From: Vicinamibacterales bacterium
Lineage (GTDB): Bacteria > Acidobacteriota > Vicinamibacteria > Vicinamibacterales > UBA8438
Assembly (NCBI GenBank): GCA_965203525.1
Contig: OZ241898.1
Coordinates: 4,695,164 to 4,759,163, forward strand
DNA length: 64,000 nt
Direction: 5' to 3'
This document shows, piece after piece, positions 8,252-16,328 of this stretch (the first letter of the stretch is position 1; each line of letters begins with the position of its first letter). A program made the position numbers and the translations under genes. A model generated the notes under the pieces. It saw nothing but the letters and a program-made list of their open reading frames with translations, searched no databases and was not told the DNA's origin.

Positions 8252-10011
8252 CCTGGATTATTCATGAAGGTCGGGCATGAGGCCCCGACGGGCCATGCTC
8301 GGCCACGAAACGGGGTCTCGGACACGCGTCGGTGCGCGGGCCGCGACGCGTGGAACAGCCTTCACGGGTCTGGCGGTTGCGGACAGACGGATTCAGGACC
8401 GCCGAGGGCGAGCAACCGTCATCGAAGGCGTCGTTCGCGGGCCCGGCGGTTGCGGACAGGCGGGTTCAGGCAAGGCTCCGCCGTCGCGGGCGGTGCGGTT
8501 CGGGCTACGGGCTGCGCGGGTTTCGGACTACCCGGCGCGGGCGCCGAGGGCCAGCGCGATGCGCCGCCATGCGTTCAGATGCGGCGTCCCCCGGGGCAGA
8601 TGCAGGACGATGCGGCGCACGGAGCCGACGACGTGCACGCCGAGCTTCAGCAGCCGGTTGCGCAGCCACGTCACCTGGGTGCGGGCACAGCCGGTTCGCG
8701 CCGCCCGCAGCCGCAGTTCCTGCATGAGCACGTAGGCGGCAGCCGTCAGCAACACGCGCAACTGGTTCGCCAGGAACCGGCAGCAGCTCGTGCGGTCGAT
8801 CTGCAGACCGTCCAGCAACTCCTTGATCCGGTTCTCGACGTCGCCGCGGGCGCAGTAGACCTTCTCGTAGACGAAGCGCGGATTCTGCGGGAGATTCGTC
8901 ACGACGAAGCGCGGATTGTCCCGCGGCTCGCGGCCCGGATGCCGGACCACTTCGGCCTTGATCACGACCCGGCGTTCGCGCTTCCACGTGCGGGCCGCGT
9001 AGCGGGTGTCGGTATAGACGTGCTCGGTCCGGCCGCTGGCCCCGCTCTGCGCGCGGGCCGCCGCCATGGCGGATTCGGCCTGCCGCACCAACACCGCGTT
9101 CCTGCCCATCGCCACCACGTAGTCGAGTCCCGGTTCCGCCTCCAGGAAATCGAAGACCTCCGGGGTCGCAAAGCCCCCGTCGAGCCGGACGAGAAACGAC
9201 GTCCGCGGAAACGCCGCCCGCAGCATCGGCAGCAGCCGTCTCAGCAGGCCCAGGCTCCCGTCGGCCGCCACCGCATTGCCCGGCCGCAGCACCGCCGCGC
9301 ACAGATACTGCTCCGTCTCGTCGTTGAAGGTCAGGAACGCGAGCAGCGGCAGATAACACCAGCCGCCGTAGTGTCCGTTGAAGAACGAAAGCTGTTGTGC
9401 GCCATGCGTCAGGTCGTCGGTCGGGTCCAGATCGATGGTGATGCGCCGCACCCGCCGCCCCAGCCGGCGCCGGTGTCGCTCGATGACGCTCGCGGCCAAC
9501 TCCCGCGCCATGCGATAGAGCGCGCCGCGGCCCGGGCTGTTCTCGAACCGCGAGATCGTCGGTTGCGACGCCAGCGGCGCGCCGGCCACCGGGTCCCGTC
9601 CGAGCAGCAGCTTGTGAACGGGGTCGTCGGCCAGGTCGTCGGCATCGTTGCCGTCGGGGTGACCGCACGCGATGCCGAAGATCCGCTGCCCGACCAGTTC
9701 CGCGAGCGTGTGCCGAATCTTCTCCGGGTCGCGCCGGTCGGCGAGACAGCGGGCAAACGTCTTGACGAGGCCGTACACGCGCTCGGCCGCCTTGAGGAGA
9801 ACGGCGCCGCCGTCGGAGCTGGCGTGCTCGCGGTCGAAGGTGGCGACGAGGGGCTTGTCGAACAGTTCCGGGAACAGGACAGTCTGTGGTATCGTGTCGG
9901 TCGTCACGCAGGGGCCTCCGTGGTGGTGAAAATGGCTGTTGCCACTGCGATTTTACCGCGCGGAGGCCCTTGTGTCTCTCCCGGATCGGCACCCCCGGTG
10001 AATAATCCAGG
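8252..10011 (-). mobile_element. IS1380-family insertion sequence (complete: IRs, transposase, 4-bp TSD)
   Basis: Perfect 13-bp terminal inverted repeats CCTGGATTATTCA (8252-8264) and TGAATAATCCAGG (9999-10011). A TTAG direct repeat flanks the element (8248-8251 and 10012-10015). One 459-aa transposase ORF lies inside. Confidence 0.9.
8528..9907 (-). CDS. IS1380-family DDE transposase
   Basis: The N-terminus FDREHASSDGGAVLL...RRDPEKIRHTLAELVGQRIFGIACGHPDGNDADDL...LASQPTISRFENS is characteristic of IS1380 transposases. Confidence 0.9.
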   Translation of the reverse strand: MTTDTIPQTVLFPELFDKPLVATFDREHASSDGGAVLLKAAERVYGLVKTFARCLADRRDPEKIRHTLAELVGQRIFGIACGHPDGNDADDLADDPVHKLLLGRDPVAGAPLASQPTISRFENSPGRGALYRMARELAASVIERHRRRLGRRVRRITIDLDPTDDLTHGAQQLSFFNGHYGGWCYLPLLAFLTFNDETEQYLCAAVLRPGNAVAADGSLGLLRRLLPMLRAAFPRTSFLVRLDGGFATPEVFDFLEAEPGLDYVVAMGRNAVLVRQAESAMAAARAQSGASGRTEHVYTDTRYAARTWKRERRVVIKAEVVRHPGREPRDNPRFVVTNLPQNPRFVYEKVYCARGDVENRIKELLDGLQIDRTSCCRFLANQLRVLLTAAAYVLMQELRLRAARTGCARTQVTWLRNRLLKLGVHVVGSVRRIVLHLPRGTPHLNAWRRIALALGARAG

Positions 10012-10241
10012 TTAGCTGACAACTCTGCGACGCGCGATCGTGGATCGCACGTTTGCTTTTCCCGTTCGTCCTTTGTCATTGGCCCAGGCCTGGTAACCAG
10101 CACTGGCTTGTTCGGCCTTGGCTTGATCTTCTTCAACATCAAGGTTTTCTTGTCCCTCCAACCGTCTGGCACGGTCCAGCTTCTTGTTGCTCCCGTGCGG
10201 ACTTTCGGTCCTCTCGACCGTTTGATTTTACGTACTTCCAC
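10012..10241 (-). pseudogene. 5' fragment of the IS-interrupted HEPN-like gene
   Basis: AT-rich. The minus-strand frame from GTG 10241 (MEVRKIKRSRGPKV...MTKDEREKQTCDPRSRVAELS) runs without a stop into the IS. It is in phase with the 7545..8251 part once 8252-10015 is removed. Confidence 0.5.
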
Positions 10242-10246
10242 CCGGG

Positions 10247-10666
10247 TTAATCGACGAGATCGGCTTCGAGGATCACTGCGGCTTCCTTGCCGCCGAACGT
10301 CGATGTGAACACCGTCATGCCGACGTACCGGTAAGCCGGCGGCGCCTCGTTCATCTCGCGGTGCATGGTGCCGGTGCGGCTGGTGGCCAGCAGGATGTAC
10401 CGATACTTCCTGCCATCGGGGTCGAGCTGCATGATCACAACCGCTTCGCGCCCGCCGAAGGCGGTCTCACCGCCCTGCGCTCCGGCAAATCGGTAGCCTC
10501 GAGCGCCGGCCTCGTTGAGTTCCCGTTCCATCGTCCCGGTACGGTTGGTCGCAAGAAGGAGATACTTCTCCATGCCGGTCCCGGCATCGTCGTCCTGCGC
10601 CATCGCGGGTGCCCATGAAAGCAGAACCGCCATCAGCACCCCGATCCCAGCTCCGGATGTCCGCAT
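10247..10666 (-). CDS. Secreted small protein with an internal two-fold repeat (function unknown)
   Basis: Signal peptide (GIGVLMAVLLSWAPAMA-QD). Two repeats are visible: YLLLATNRTGTMERELNEAGARGYRFAG...GGREAVVIM and YILLATSRTGTMHREMNEAPPAYRYVGM...GGKEAAVIL. Confidence 0.7.
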   Translation of the reverse strand: MRTSGAGIGVLMAVLLSWAPAMAQDDDAGTGMEKYLLLATNRTGTMERELNEAGARGYRFAGAQGGETAFGGREAVVIMQLDPDGRKYRYILLATSRTGTMHREMNEAPPAYRYVGMTVFTSTFGGKEAAVILEADLVD

Positions 10667-10961
10667 CGTCAGCCCTCCCAGATGATGGAAACTCGATCCG
10701 ATCAGATACTAACACGTGGAAACTGGCACCGCCACCAAATGCACAAGACCTTCTATTCGCGGGACGCTGGCCGAGGCACGCGAGGCGGTTCGCAAGGACG
10801 CCGCGGTGCTCGAAGAAGCATGGCGCGTCTGCCGGCGCATCCCCCGAACCACACCGTGACGTACTGCCCCGGCGGATGCCGGCCGGCGCGAACCCGAACG
10901 CGCTTGCGCCGGCGATCGCCCCTGGTCGGGTTCCGCCACGCCGCGACCTCTGGCGAGGGCG

Positions 10962-10967
10962 TATGAT
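10962..10967 (+). promoter_or_regulatory. -10-like hexamer TATGAT 8 nt upstream of the adenosyltransferase ATG
   Basis: TAnnnT hexamer directly upstream of the ATG at 10976. Confidence 0.35.
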
Positions 10968-10975
10968 CCCAGCCG

Positions 10976-11515
10976 ATGCCTCTCTATACCGGCGCGGGAG
11001 ATCGCGGCGCCACGGCGCTGTTCGACGGGACCACGGTACCGAAGGACGACGCGCGCGTCGCCGTCTACGGCGACGTCGACGAGCTGAACGCGGTGGTCGG
11101 TCTGGCCCGCGCGGCCGGGCTGCCGGACGACCTCGACGAGATGGTCGCCGCGCTGCAGCGCGACCTGTTCGCGCTCGGCGCGCGCTTGGCCGATCCGCGC
11201 GCGCGCATCTCGGCCCGCGTGACCAAGGCGCGGATCGGCGATGCCGACGTCGAGCGGCTGGAGGCGTGGATCGACCGGGTCGACGGCGCCCTGCCGCCGT
11301 TGCGGGCCTTCGTTCTGCCGGGGGGCGCCCCGGCCGGGGCGGCCCTGCACCAGGCCCGCGCCGTCTGCCGCCGCGCCGAGCGGCGGATCGTCGGGCTCGG
11401 CGTCGAGTCGGTGGAGCCGGCGCTCCTGCGGTACGTCAACCGGCTGTCCGACCTGCTGTTCGCGCTGGCGCGCGCCGTGAACCACCGGGCCGGCGTCGCC
11501 GAAATCGAATGGTGA
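10976..11515 (+). CDS. ATP:cob(I)alamin adenosyltransferase, PduO type
   Basis: MPLYTGAGDRGATALFDGTTVPKDDARVAVYGDVDELNAVVG is the typical PduO/MMAB N-terminus; the length of 179 aa also fits. Confidence 0.9.
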   Translation: MPLYTGAGDRGATALFDGTTVPKDDARVAVYGDVDELNAVVGLARAAGLPDDLDEMVAALQRDLFALGARLADPRARISARVTKARIGDADVERLEAWIDRVDGALPPLRAFVLPGGAPAGAALHQARAVCRRAERRIVGLGVESVEPALLRYVNRLSDLLFALARAVNHRAGVAEIEW

Positions 11516-11648
11516 GCGCTCTCCGTCCATGCGCCCCGCCCCCCGCCGGGCACGCGGCGCGTGGCGAGGGCGGGAAGCCGGGTCGCCGCCCGGCGGGCGC
11601 GCGATCAACGCCGGGATTAGATGGCGCGCCTCTGCAACGGCGAAAAGG

Positions 11649-12354
11649 TCAGTCGACCTCAAGGATGCAGCCCAGAGATTGATCGGCGACGACAGCTCCG
11701 TGCTGGATCGAGACGACGTGAGACGCACCGCGCTCGAAGGCCGGGCCAAAGATCGATGGGGGAGACGAGACCGCCCGAAAGTAGAGAGCGGAGTACGGAG
11801 CATGGTGATCGAAGGAAGTGGGATCCACGATCTCGCAGTTCGTTCCCTGCATTCCGTCTGGCGGCCCGACAGGCGGGGAACCAGCGAACAGCCCGCAGAC
11901 ACCGGGTCGCAGGCAGAAAGAAGATGCCCCGGAAACGAACCCGTGCGCCAATCCCGTGCGCCACGTCCGCGAGGGAGCTCTTCTTTGGAGCCCGCAACCC
12001 GATGAAGACGAGTGGAGGCGTGTGGCCACCGCCCCATCCCCTGTGAAGTCGGACGAGAACATCGTCGTGCGGCCCGACCACCCGCACGCGTTGCGTCAAA
12101 CCGGTACGCAGAACCTCCGCGACGGTATCCTCGGCCGCCCTCGCCACTTGGGACAGGTTGTACCGGGCTTGGTCCACAGGATCGACATCCGAAGAGTGCT
12201 CGTCGAACCCGATCGGAATACTGTGAACCTCGATGCTGCTGGCCACCGCATCCTGCTTCCGAACCGGAACGCAGGCGTTCAAAAGCGGCGACCTCGCCCA
12301 GACGGTTGTGAGAGCCTGCTTCGCAACAGCAAGCCAGTCGACAGAAGAACTCAT
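11649..12354 (-). pseudogene. ~230-codon gene of unknown function broken by a 13-bp tandem duplication (possible toxin partner of the upstream RHH-like ORF)
   Basis: Protein-like text switches from the frame starting at 12354 (MSSSVDWLAVAKQ...SSLADVAHG) to the frame ending at 11649 (...GTNCEIVDPTSFDHHAPYSALYF...ILEVD*). The switch falls exactly at the tandem 13-mers aacccgtgcgcca/atcccgtgcgcca (11938-11963). Confidence 0.5.
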
Positions 12355-12360
12355 TCTCAG

Positions 12361-12546
12361 TTACCTCACGCGGCCAGAGTATTGGAAAGCCTTTCGACCA
12401 CGGCCTCGGCGACCCACCGTGCCGAGCGTCACGCCGTGCGCCGCCGCCAACTGATCCAGCCGCTCCCGCACATCCACCGGAACGAGAGCCGAGCCCCGCA
12501 CCGGCGACGGGCCGAATGACCGCCGCCTCTTCGTCTCCGTCGCCAC
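12361..12546 (-). pseudogene. Small RHH-like (antitoxin-like) ORF, probably frameshifted near its 3' end
   Basis: ALVPVDVRERLDQLAAAHGVTLG resembles a ribbon-helix-helix N-terminus. The +1 frame continues as ARWVAEAVVERLSNTLAA* (stop at 12366-12368), which looks more protein-like than the annotated tail GRRGRGRKAFQYSGRVR*. Confidence 0.4.
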
Positions 12547-12919
12547 AGCAGGATGATACCACAGCCCGGCCAGGATTGCGGCACAGAGAGCAGGCTTGAC
12601 AGAGGAAATCCGCGGGTGAGAAACAAAGGAGGATGGAAGCCGATGACTACCTCGATACGAGACTTGATGCGAGAAGAGCGTGGTTCAAGGATAGAACGGA
12701 GTACCTGAACTGCTTGGGGAATGACATGGCGAGGATCCGAAGGTCGCAGAATGCGCAGAAGGCTTGGGAAGATCAGCCGGAAGCGGAAGGTGACTGCGCA
12801 GACGCTTCGACCTCAAGCGGAGACGCAGGCCACAGCGCGAGCGGATTGAGGAGCAGGCGGTCGGCGGCCTCGTCGATCGCCTGCCGCGAAGACTTCAAAG
12901 ACGGACGGCGGGCGGGCGA

Positions 12920-13408
12920 TCAACGCCTCGCTTCGATGGCGCCCTTCACCGCCTCGAAGACGTCGCGGGCGAGCTCCTGCGAGATCCGCTCGCGGATCGC
13001 GCCGCACGGAACGAGAACGGTGCCCTCTTCGGTGTCGATGGCGACGTCCCACCGGTCGCGGGCGAGTCCCTCCGGCCGCTGCTGGATCAGCTCGCTCGAC
13101 GTCGTGGCCGCGGCCTGGTGATCGGGCCGGGCGGCGGCGGCGATGGGGGCGCCGTTGATCAGGACCCGCGCGGCGGTGATCGCCGCCTTCGGGATCGGGC
13201 GGTCACCGAGATGGAACGCCTCGGCGTCCTCGGTGAAGAAGCGCAGGCCCGCGTCCGACGGGATCTCGGCCAGGATCGTCCGCCCGCCGGCCGCCAGCGC
13301 CTCGCGTTCGCCGTGGCGCCGGCGGCGGTCGCGGGTCAGCGCCGTCGCGAGCCGCAGGGCGAAGAAGACGAGCAGCATCGCGACCAGCGCCGCCACGACG
13401 TCGCGCAT
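12920..13408 (-). CDS. Membrane-anchored hypothetical protein
   Basis: The ATG at 13408 gives MRDVVAALVAMLLVFFALRLATAL (one TM helix) followed by a soluble domain. The ORF is open to 13576, but that extension is Arg/Pro-rich. Confidence 0.6.
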   Translation of the reverse strand: MRDVVAALVAMLLVFFALRLATALTRDRRRRHGEREALAAGGRTILAEIPSDAGLRFFTEDAEAFHLGDRPIPKAAITAARVLINGAPIAAAARPDHQAAATTSSELIQQRPEGLARDRWDVAIDTEEGTVLVPCGAIRERISQELARDVFEAVKGAIEARR

Positions 13409-13581
13409 GCGCCCATGGTAACGCCTGCGCGCATCGCGAGCCGGCGGGCTGGACCGCGGCCGGGCCGCCGGACGTTCGGGGCCGTCGCGGCGGCGGGGCC
13501 GCCCGGCCGCGCTCCGGCGGTTGGACCGCGGGCCGGGGCGCCGGGTACGATCCCGGCGCGCGCGCCGCCGGGTCACGTCCG

Positions 13582-14805
13582 ATGGAATCGGTCATCGTCC
13601 ACTACCACGAGATCGCGCTCAAGGGGCGGAACCGTCCCTGGTTCATCGACCGCCTCGCGGGCAGCCTGCGCGCCGCGACGGCGGACCTGGACGTCACGCA
13701 CGTGCGCCCGCTCATGGGGCGGATCGAGGTGGGCCTGGGCCCGGCGGCCGAATGGTCCGCGGTGCGCGAGCGCCTCGGCCGGGTCTTCGGCGTGGCGAAC
13801 TTCGCGCGCGCCCGGAGCACGGGACGCGGGATCGAGGAGATCGCCGGCGCGATCGTGCGGCATCTCGACGAACCCGACGCCGGCGCGGCCCGCGTCGCGA
13901 GCTTCCGGGTCCGGGTCAGCCGGGCGGACAAGACGTATCCGCTGACGTCGCCACGGGTGGAGCGCGAGGTGGGCGGCCGGATCAAGGCGGCGCGGGGCTG
14001 GCGGGTGGACCTCGGCGCCCCGGATCTCGCCGTCGGCGTCGAGATACTCCCGGACCGCGTGTTCTACACGCTGGGCAAGGAGCCGGGCCAGGGCGGGTTG
14101 CCGACCGGCGCCAGCGGCGCCGTGCTCTGCCTGCTGTCCGGCGGAATCGACTCGCCGGTCGCCGCCTGCCGCCTCATGAAGCGGGGCTGCCGCGTGCGGT
14201 TCGTCCACTTCCACGCGTACCCGATCCTGTCGCGGGCGTCGCTCGACAAGACGCGGGAGATCGCCGGCCTGCTGACGCGCCACCAGTTGCGCTCGCGGCT
14301 CTACTCCGTCCGCTTCGGGGAGATTCAGCAGACCATCGTGCTCTCCGCGCCGCCGCCGCTGCGGGTCGTGCTCTACCGGCGGATGATGATGCGGATCGCC
14401 GAGCGGCTGGCCGGCGTCTGCGGGGCGCAGGCGCTGGTCACCGGCGAGTCGGTGGGGCAGGTGGCGTCGCAGACCGTCGAGAACCTGGCGGTGATCGACG
14501 ACGCCGCCGCGCTGCCCGTGCTGCGGCCGCTGATCGGCTTCGACAAGGAGGAGATCACGCGGGAGGCGCGCCGTCTCGGCACCTATCCGATCTCCATCGT
14601 TCCGGACCAGGATTGCTGCACGCTGTTCGTGCCGCGCCGGCCGGCGACCCGGGCGCGCCGGGAGCAGGTCGAGCGCGCCGAGCGGAATCTGCCGGTCGCG
14701 GAGCTGGTCGACAAGGCGGTGGCGGCGGTCGAGCGGCAGGACTTCCGGTTCCCGCCGCCGGCGCGGGCCGCTGCTATCATCGATCCACCCCCGGATCCCG
14801 CATGA
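13582..14805 (+). CDS. thiI: tRNA 4-thiouridine synthase ThiI (no rhodanese domain)
   Basis: N-terminus HYHEIALKGRNRPWF, a THUMP-like middle region, and the PP-loop LLSGGIDSPVAA. Confidence 0.9.
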   Translation: MESVIVHYHEIALKGRNRPWFIDRLAGSLRAATADLDVTHVRPLMGRIEVGLGPAAEWSAVRERLGRVFGVANFARARSTGRGIEEIAGAIVRHLDEPDAGAARVASFRVRVSRADKTYPLTSPRVEREVGGRIKAARGWRVDLGAPDLAVGVEILPDRVFYTLGKEPGQGGLPTGASGAVLCLLSGGIDSPVAACRLMKRGCRVRFVHFHAYPILSRASLDKTREIAGLLTRHQLRSRLYSVRFGEIQQTIVLSAPPPLRVVLYRRMMMRIAERLAGVCGAQALVTGESVGQVASQTVENLAVIDDAAALPVLRPLIGFDKEEITREARRLGTYPISIVPDQDCCTLFVPRRPATRARREQVERAERNLPVAELVDKAVAAVERQDFRFPPPARAAAIIDPPPDPA

Positions 14806-15032
14806 GCCGAAAAAAGCAGGTCGCGACGGACCGTGAGTGGCTGGTGGCTGTGATAACCGCTGCCGTGCTTCTCCCCGCCGGGTTCTTCTTTCTCCTGCAC
14901 GCCTTCGATGACTGGCCCAAGGCGCTGATGTGCACCTGTATCACCGCCGCCGGATTGCAGGCCGAGTGGGAGCGCCGGTTCACGGCTCCAGATCGAAACG
15001 TTCGCCCTCGCGGCCACCGCTGCCGGCGCTGA
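14802..15032 (+). CDS. Possible small membrane protein (76 aa)
   Basis: The ATG at 14802 overlaps the thiI stop (ATGA). MSRKKQVATDREWLVAVITAAVLLPAGFFFLLHAF contains one or two hydrophobic helices. No other support. Confidence 0.3.
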   Translation: MSRKKQVATDREWLVAVITAAVLLPAGFFFLLHAFDDWPKALMCTCITAAGLQAEWERRFTAPDRNVRPRGHRCRR

Positions 15033-15055
15033 GTTGGCGCGCGAGGGGAGCGGGG

Positions 15056-15658
15056 TCAGAGCAGATCCGGGTGCAACAGGCCCCGCCGGTGGTCGCGCAG
15101 CGCGTCGCGGGTGCTCCGGAAGGCGAGGTCCGGCCACGGGACGTCGTCCGGGGCGAACCACGCCGCCTCCAGCGACTCGTCGGCCGCGGCCAGCGTCCCG
15201 CCCACCACCGACGCCTTGTAGACGATGACGATCGGCGCCGCCCCCGCATACGCGTAGACGTTGACGAGCCCGTCGAGCCGGACGTCCAGGCAGGCTTCCT
15301 CGCGCGCCTCGCGGACCGCGGCGACGGTCGGCAGTTCCCCGCGGTCCACGTAGCCGCCGGGAAAGACCCACTTGCCGTAGCCCGGCTCGATCGCCCGGCG
15401 GACCAGCGCGAGCCGGCCGCGCCCGTCCGTGATCACGGTTCCCGCCGCCACCTTCGGGTCCAGGTAGACGACGTGTCCGCAACGGGCGCAGACCGGCCGC
15501 TCCGGTTCGCCCTCCTTGATCCGCCGCGGCGCGAGCGGGCCGCCGCAGGACGAGCAGAACCGCGGGACGGAGGCGTGATCGTGCGGGTCGTTCACGTGTC
15601 GGGCGCCGGCCGCGAGGATGTCCGGGCGCCGGCCGGCGCAACGGAGCGCGGGGCGCAA
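15056..15658 (-). CDS. Nudix hydrolase with N-terminal zinc ribbon
   Basis: CSSCGG...CARCGH zinc ribbon and a Nudix box GGYVDRGELPTVAAVREAREEACLDV. The start is uncertain (TTG 15658 or GTG 15595). Confidence 0.85.
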   Translation of the reverse strand: MRPALRCAGRRPDILAAGARHVNDPHDHASVPRFCSSCGGPLAPRRIKEGEPERPVCARCGHVVYLDPKVAAGTVITDGRGRLALVRRAIEPGYGKWVFPGGYVDRGELPTVAAVREAREEACLDVRLDGLVNVYAYAGAAPIVIVYKASVVGGTLAAADESLEAAWFAPDDVPWPDLAFRSTRDALRDHRRGLLHPDLL

Positions 15659-15676
15659 CGCGACCGGCGCCGGAAG

Positions 15677-15682
15677 TATAAT
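15677..15682 (+). promoter_or_regulatory. Consensus -10 hexamer TATAAT 8 nt upstream of the def ATG
   Basis: A perfect TATAAT in a ~70% GC context; the ATG is at 15691. Confidence 0.45.
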
Positions 15683-15690
15683 CCGGCCCG

Positions 15691-16224
15691 ATGTCCATCC
15701 TGAAGGTGGCGCGGATGGGACACCCGGTGCTCCGCCGCCGCACGCCGCCTCTCGACCCGGCCGACGTCGGCTCCCCGGCCGTCCAGCAGCTCATCGACGA
15801 CATGTTCGCGACGATGAACGAATACGCCGGCATCGGGCTGGCCGCGCCGCAGGTGCACGAGAGCCTGCGGCTGTTCGTCGCGGGCGTGGACGACCCGGAC
15901 GGCGGCCTGCCCCCGGTCGTGATGATCAACCCGGAGATCGAGCTTCTCGACCGGACCGAGGAAGAGGACTGGGAGGGGTGCCTGAGCATCCCGGACGTCC
16001 GGGGCCGCGTGCCGCGCGCGGCGAACGTCCGGGTCCGGTCGCTCGACCGCCACGGCGCGCCGCAGCGCATGACCGCCAGGGGCTTCGCCGCCCGCGTGAT
16101 TCAGCACGAGACCGACCACCTCGACGGCGTGCTGTTCCTCGACCGCATGCGCTCGTTCGACAGCCTGACCTTCCTCGCCGAGTACGCCCGCTACTGGGAG
16201 AAGGACGGCGGCCCGGAGGATTGA
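15691..16224 (+). CDS. def: Peptide deformylase
   Basis: GIGLAAPQV, EGCLSIP and HETDHL motifs. Confidence 0.95.
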   Translation: MSILKVARMGHPVLRRRTPPLDPADVGSPAVQQLIDDMFATMNEYAGIGLAAPQVHESLRLFVAGVDDPDGGLPPVVMINPEIELLDRTEEEDWEGCLSIPDVRGRVPRAANVRVRSLDRHGAPQRMTARGFAARVIQHETDHLDGVLFLDRMRSFDSLTFLAEYARYWEKDGGPED

Positions 16225-16328
16225 CGCGGACGGTCCGGCGAATTCCCGCCTTGCCGAGTACGCCCGCTACCGGGAGAAGGACGGCGGCCCGGAGGATTGA
16301 CGCGGACGGTCCGGCGAATTCCCGCCTT
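16177..16328. repeat. 76-bp tandem duplication x2 (one mismatch) covering the def 3' end and the thyX-like 3' end
   Basis: 16177-16252 equals 16253-16328 except for T/C at ...cgctacTggg / ...cgctacCggg. Confidence 0.9.

Noticed and set aside
10680-10975. A cobalamin riboswitch upstream of the PduO-type adenosyltransferase.
   Set aside because: I could not find the conserved B12-box or GGGAA/GCCACTG-type core elements. This needs a covariance-model scan (Rfam RF00174) to be sure.
11649-12354. Assigning the 230-codon frameshifted gene to the RES-domain toxin family (ARYN...AEDTVAEVL...GASS resembles the R/E/S landmarks).
   Set aside because: The similarity is loose, RES toxins normally pair with Xre/DUF2384 antitoxins rather than RHH, and I cannot run a profile search. 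The family is left unassigned.
12633-13121. A 162-aa plus-strand ORF that starts right after an AAAGGAGG motif.
   Set aside because: Only the first ~50 codons look protein-like. The remainder is antisense to the better-supported membrane protein gene 12920..13408. The SD-to-ATG spacing is zero. A short peptide gene cannot be excluded.
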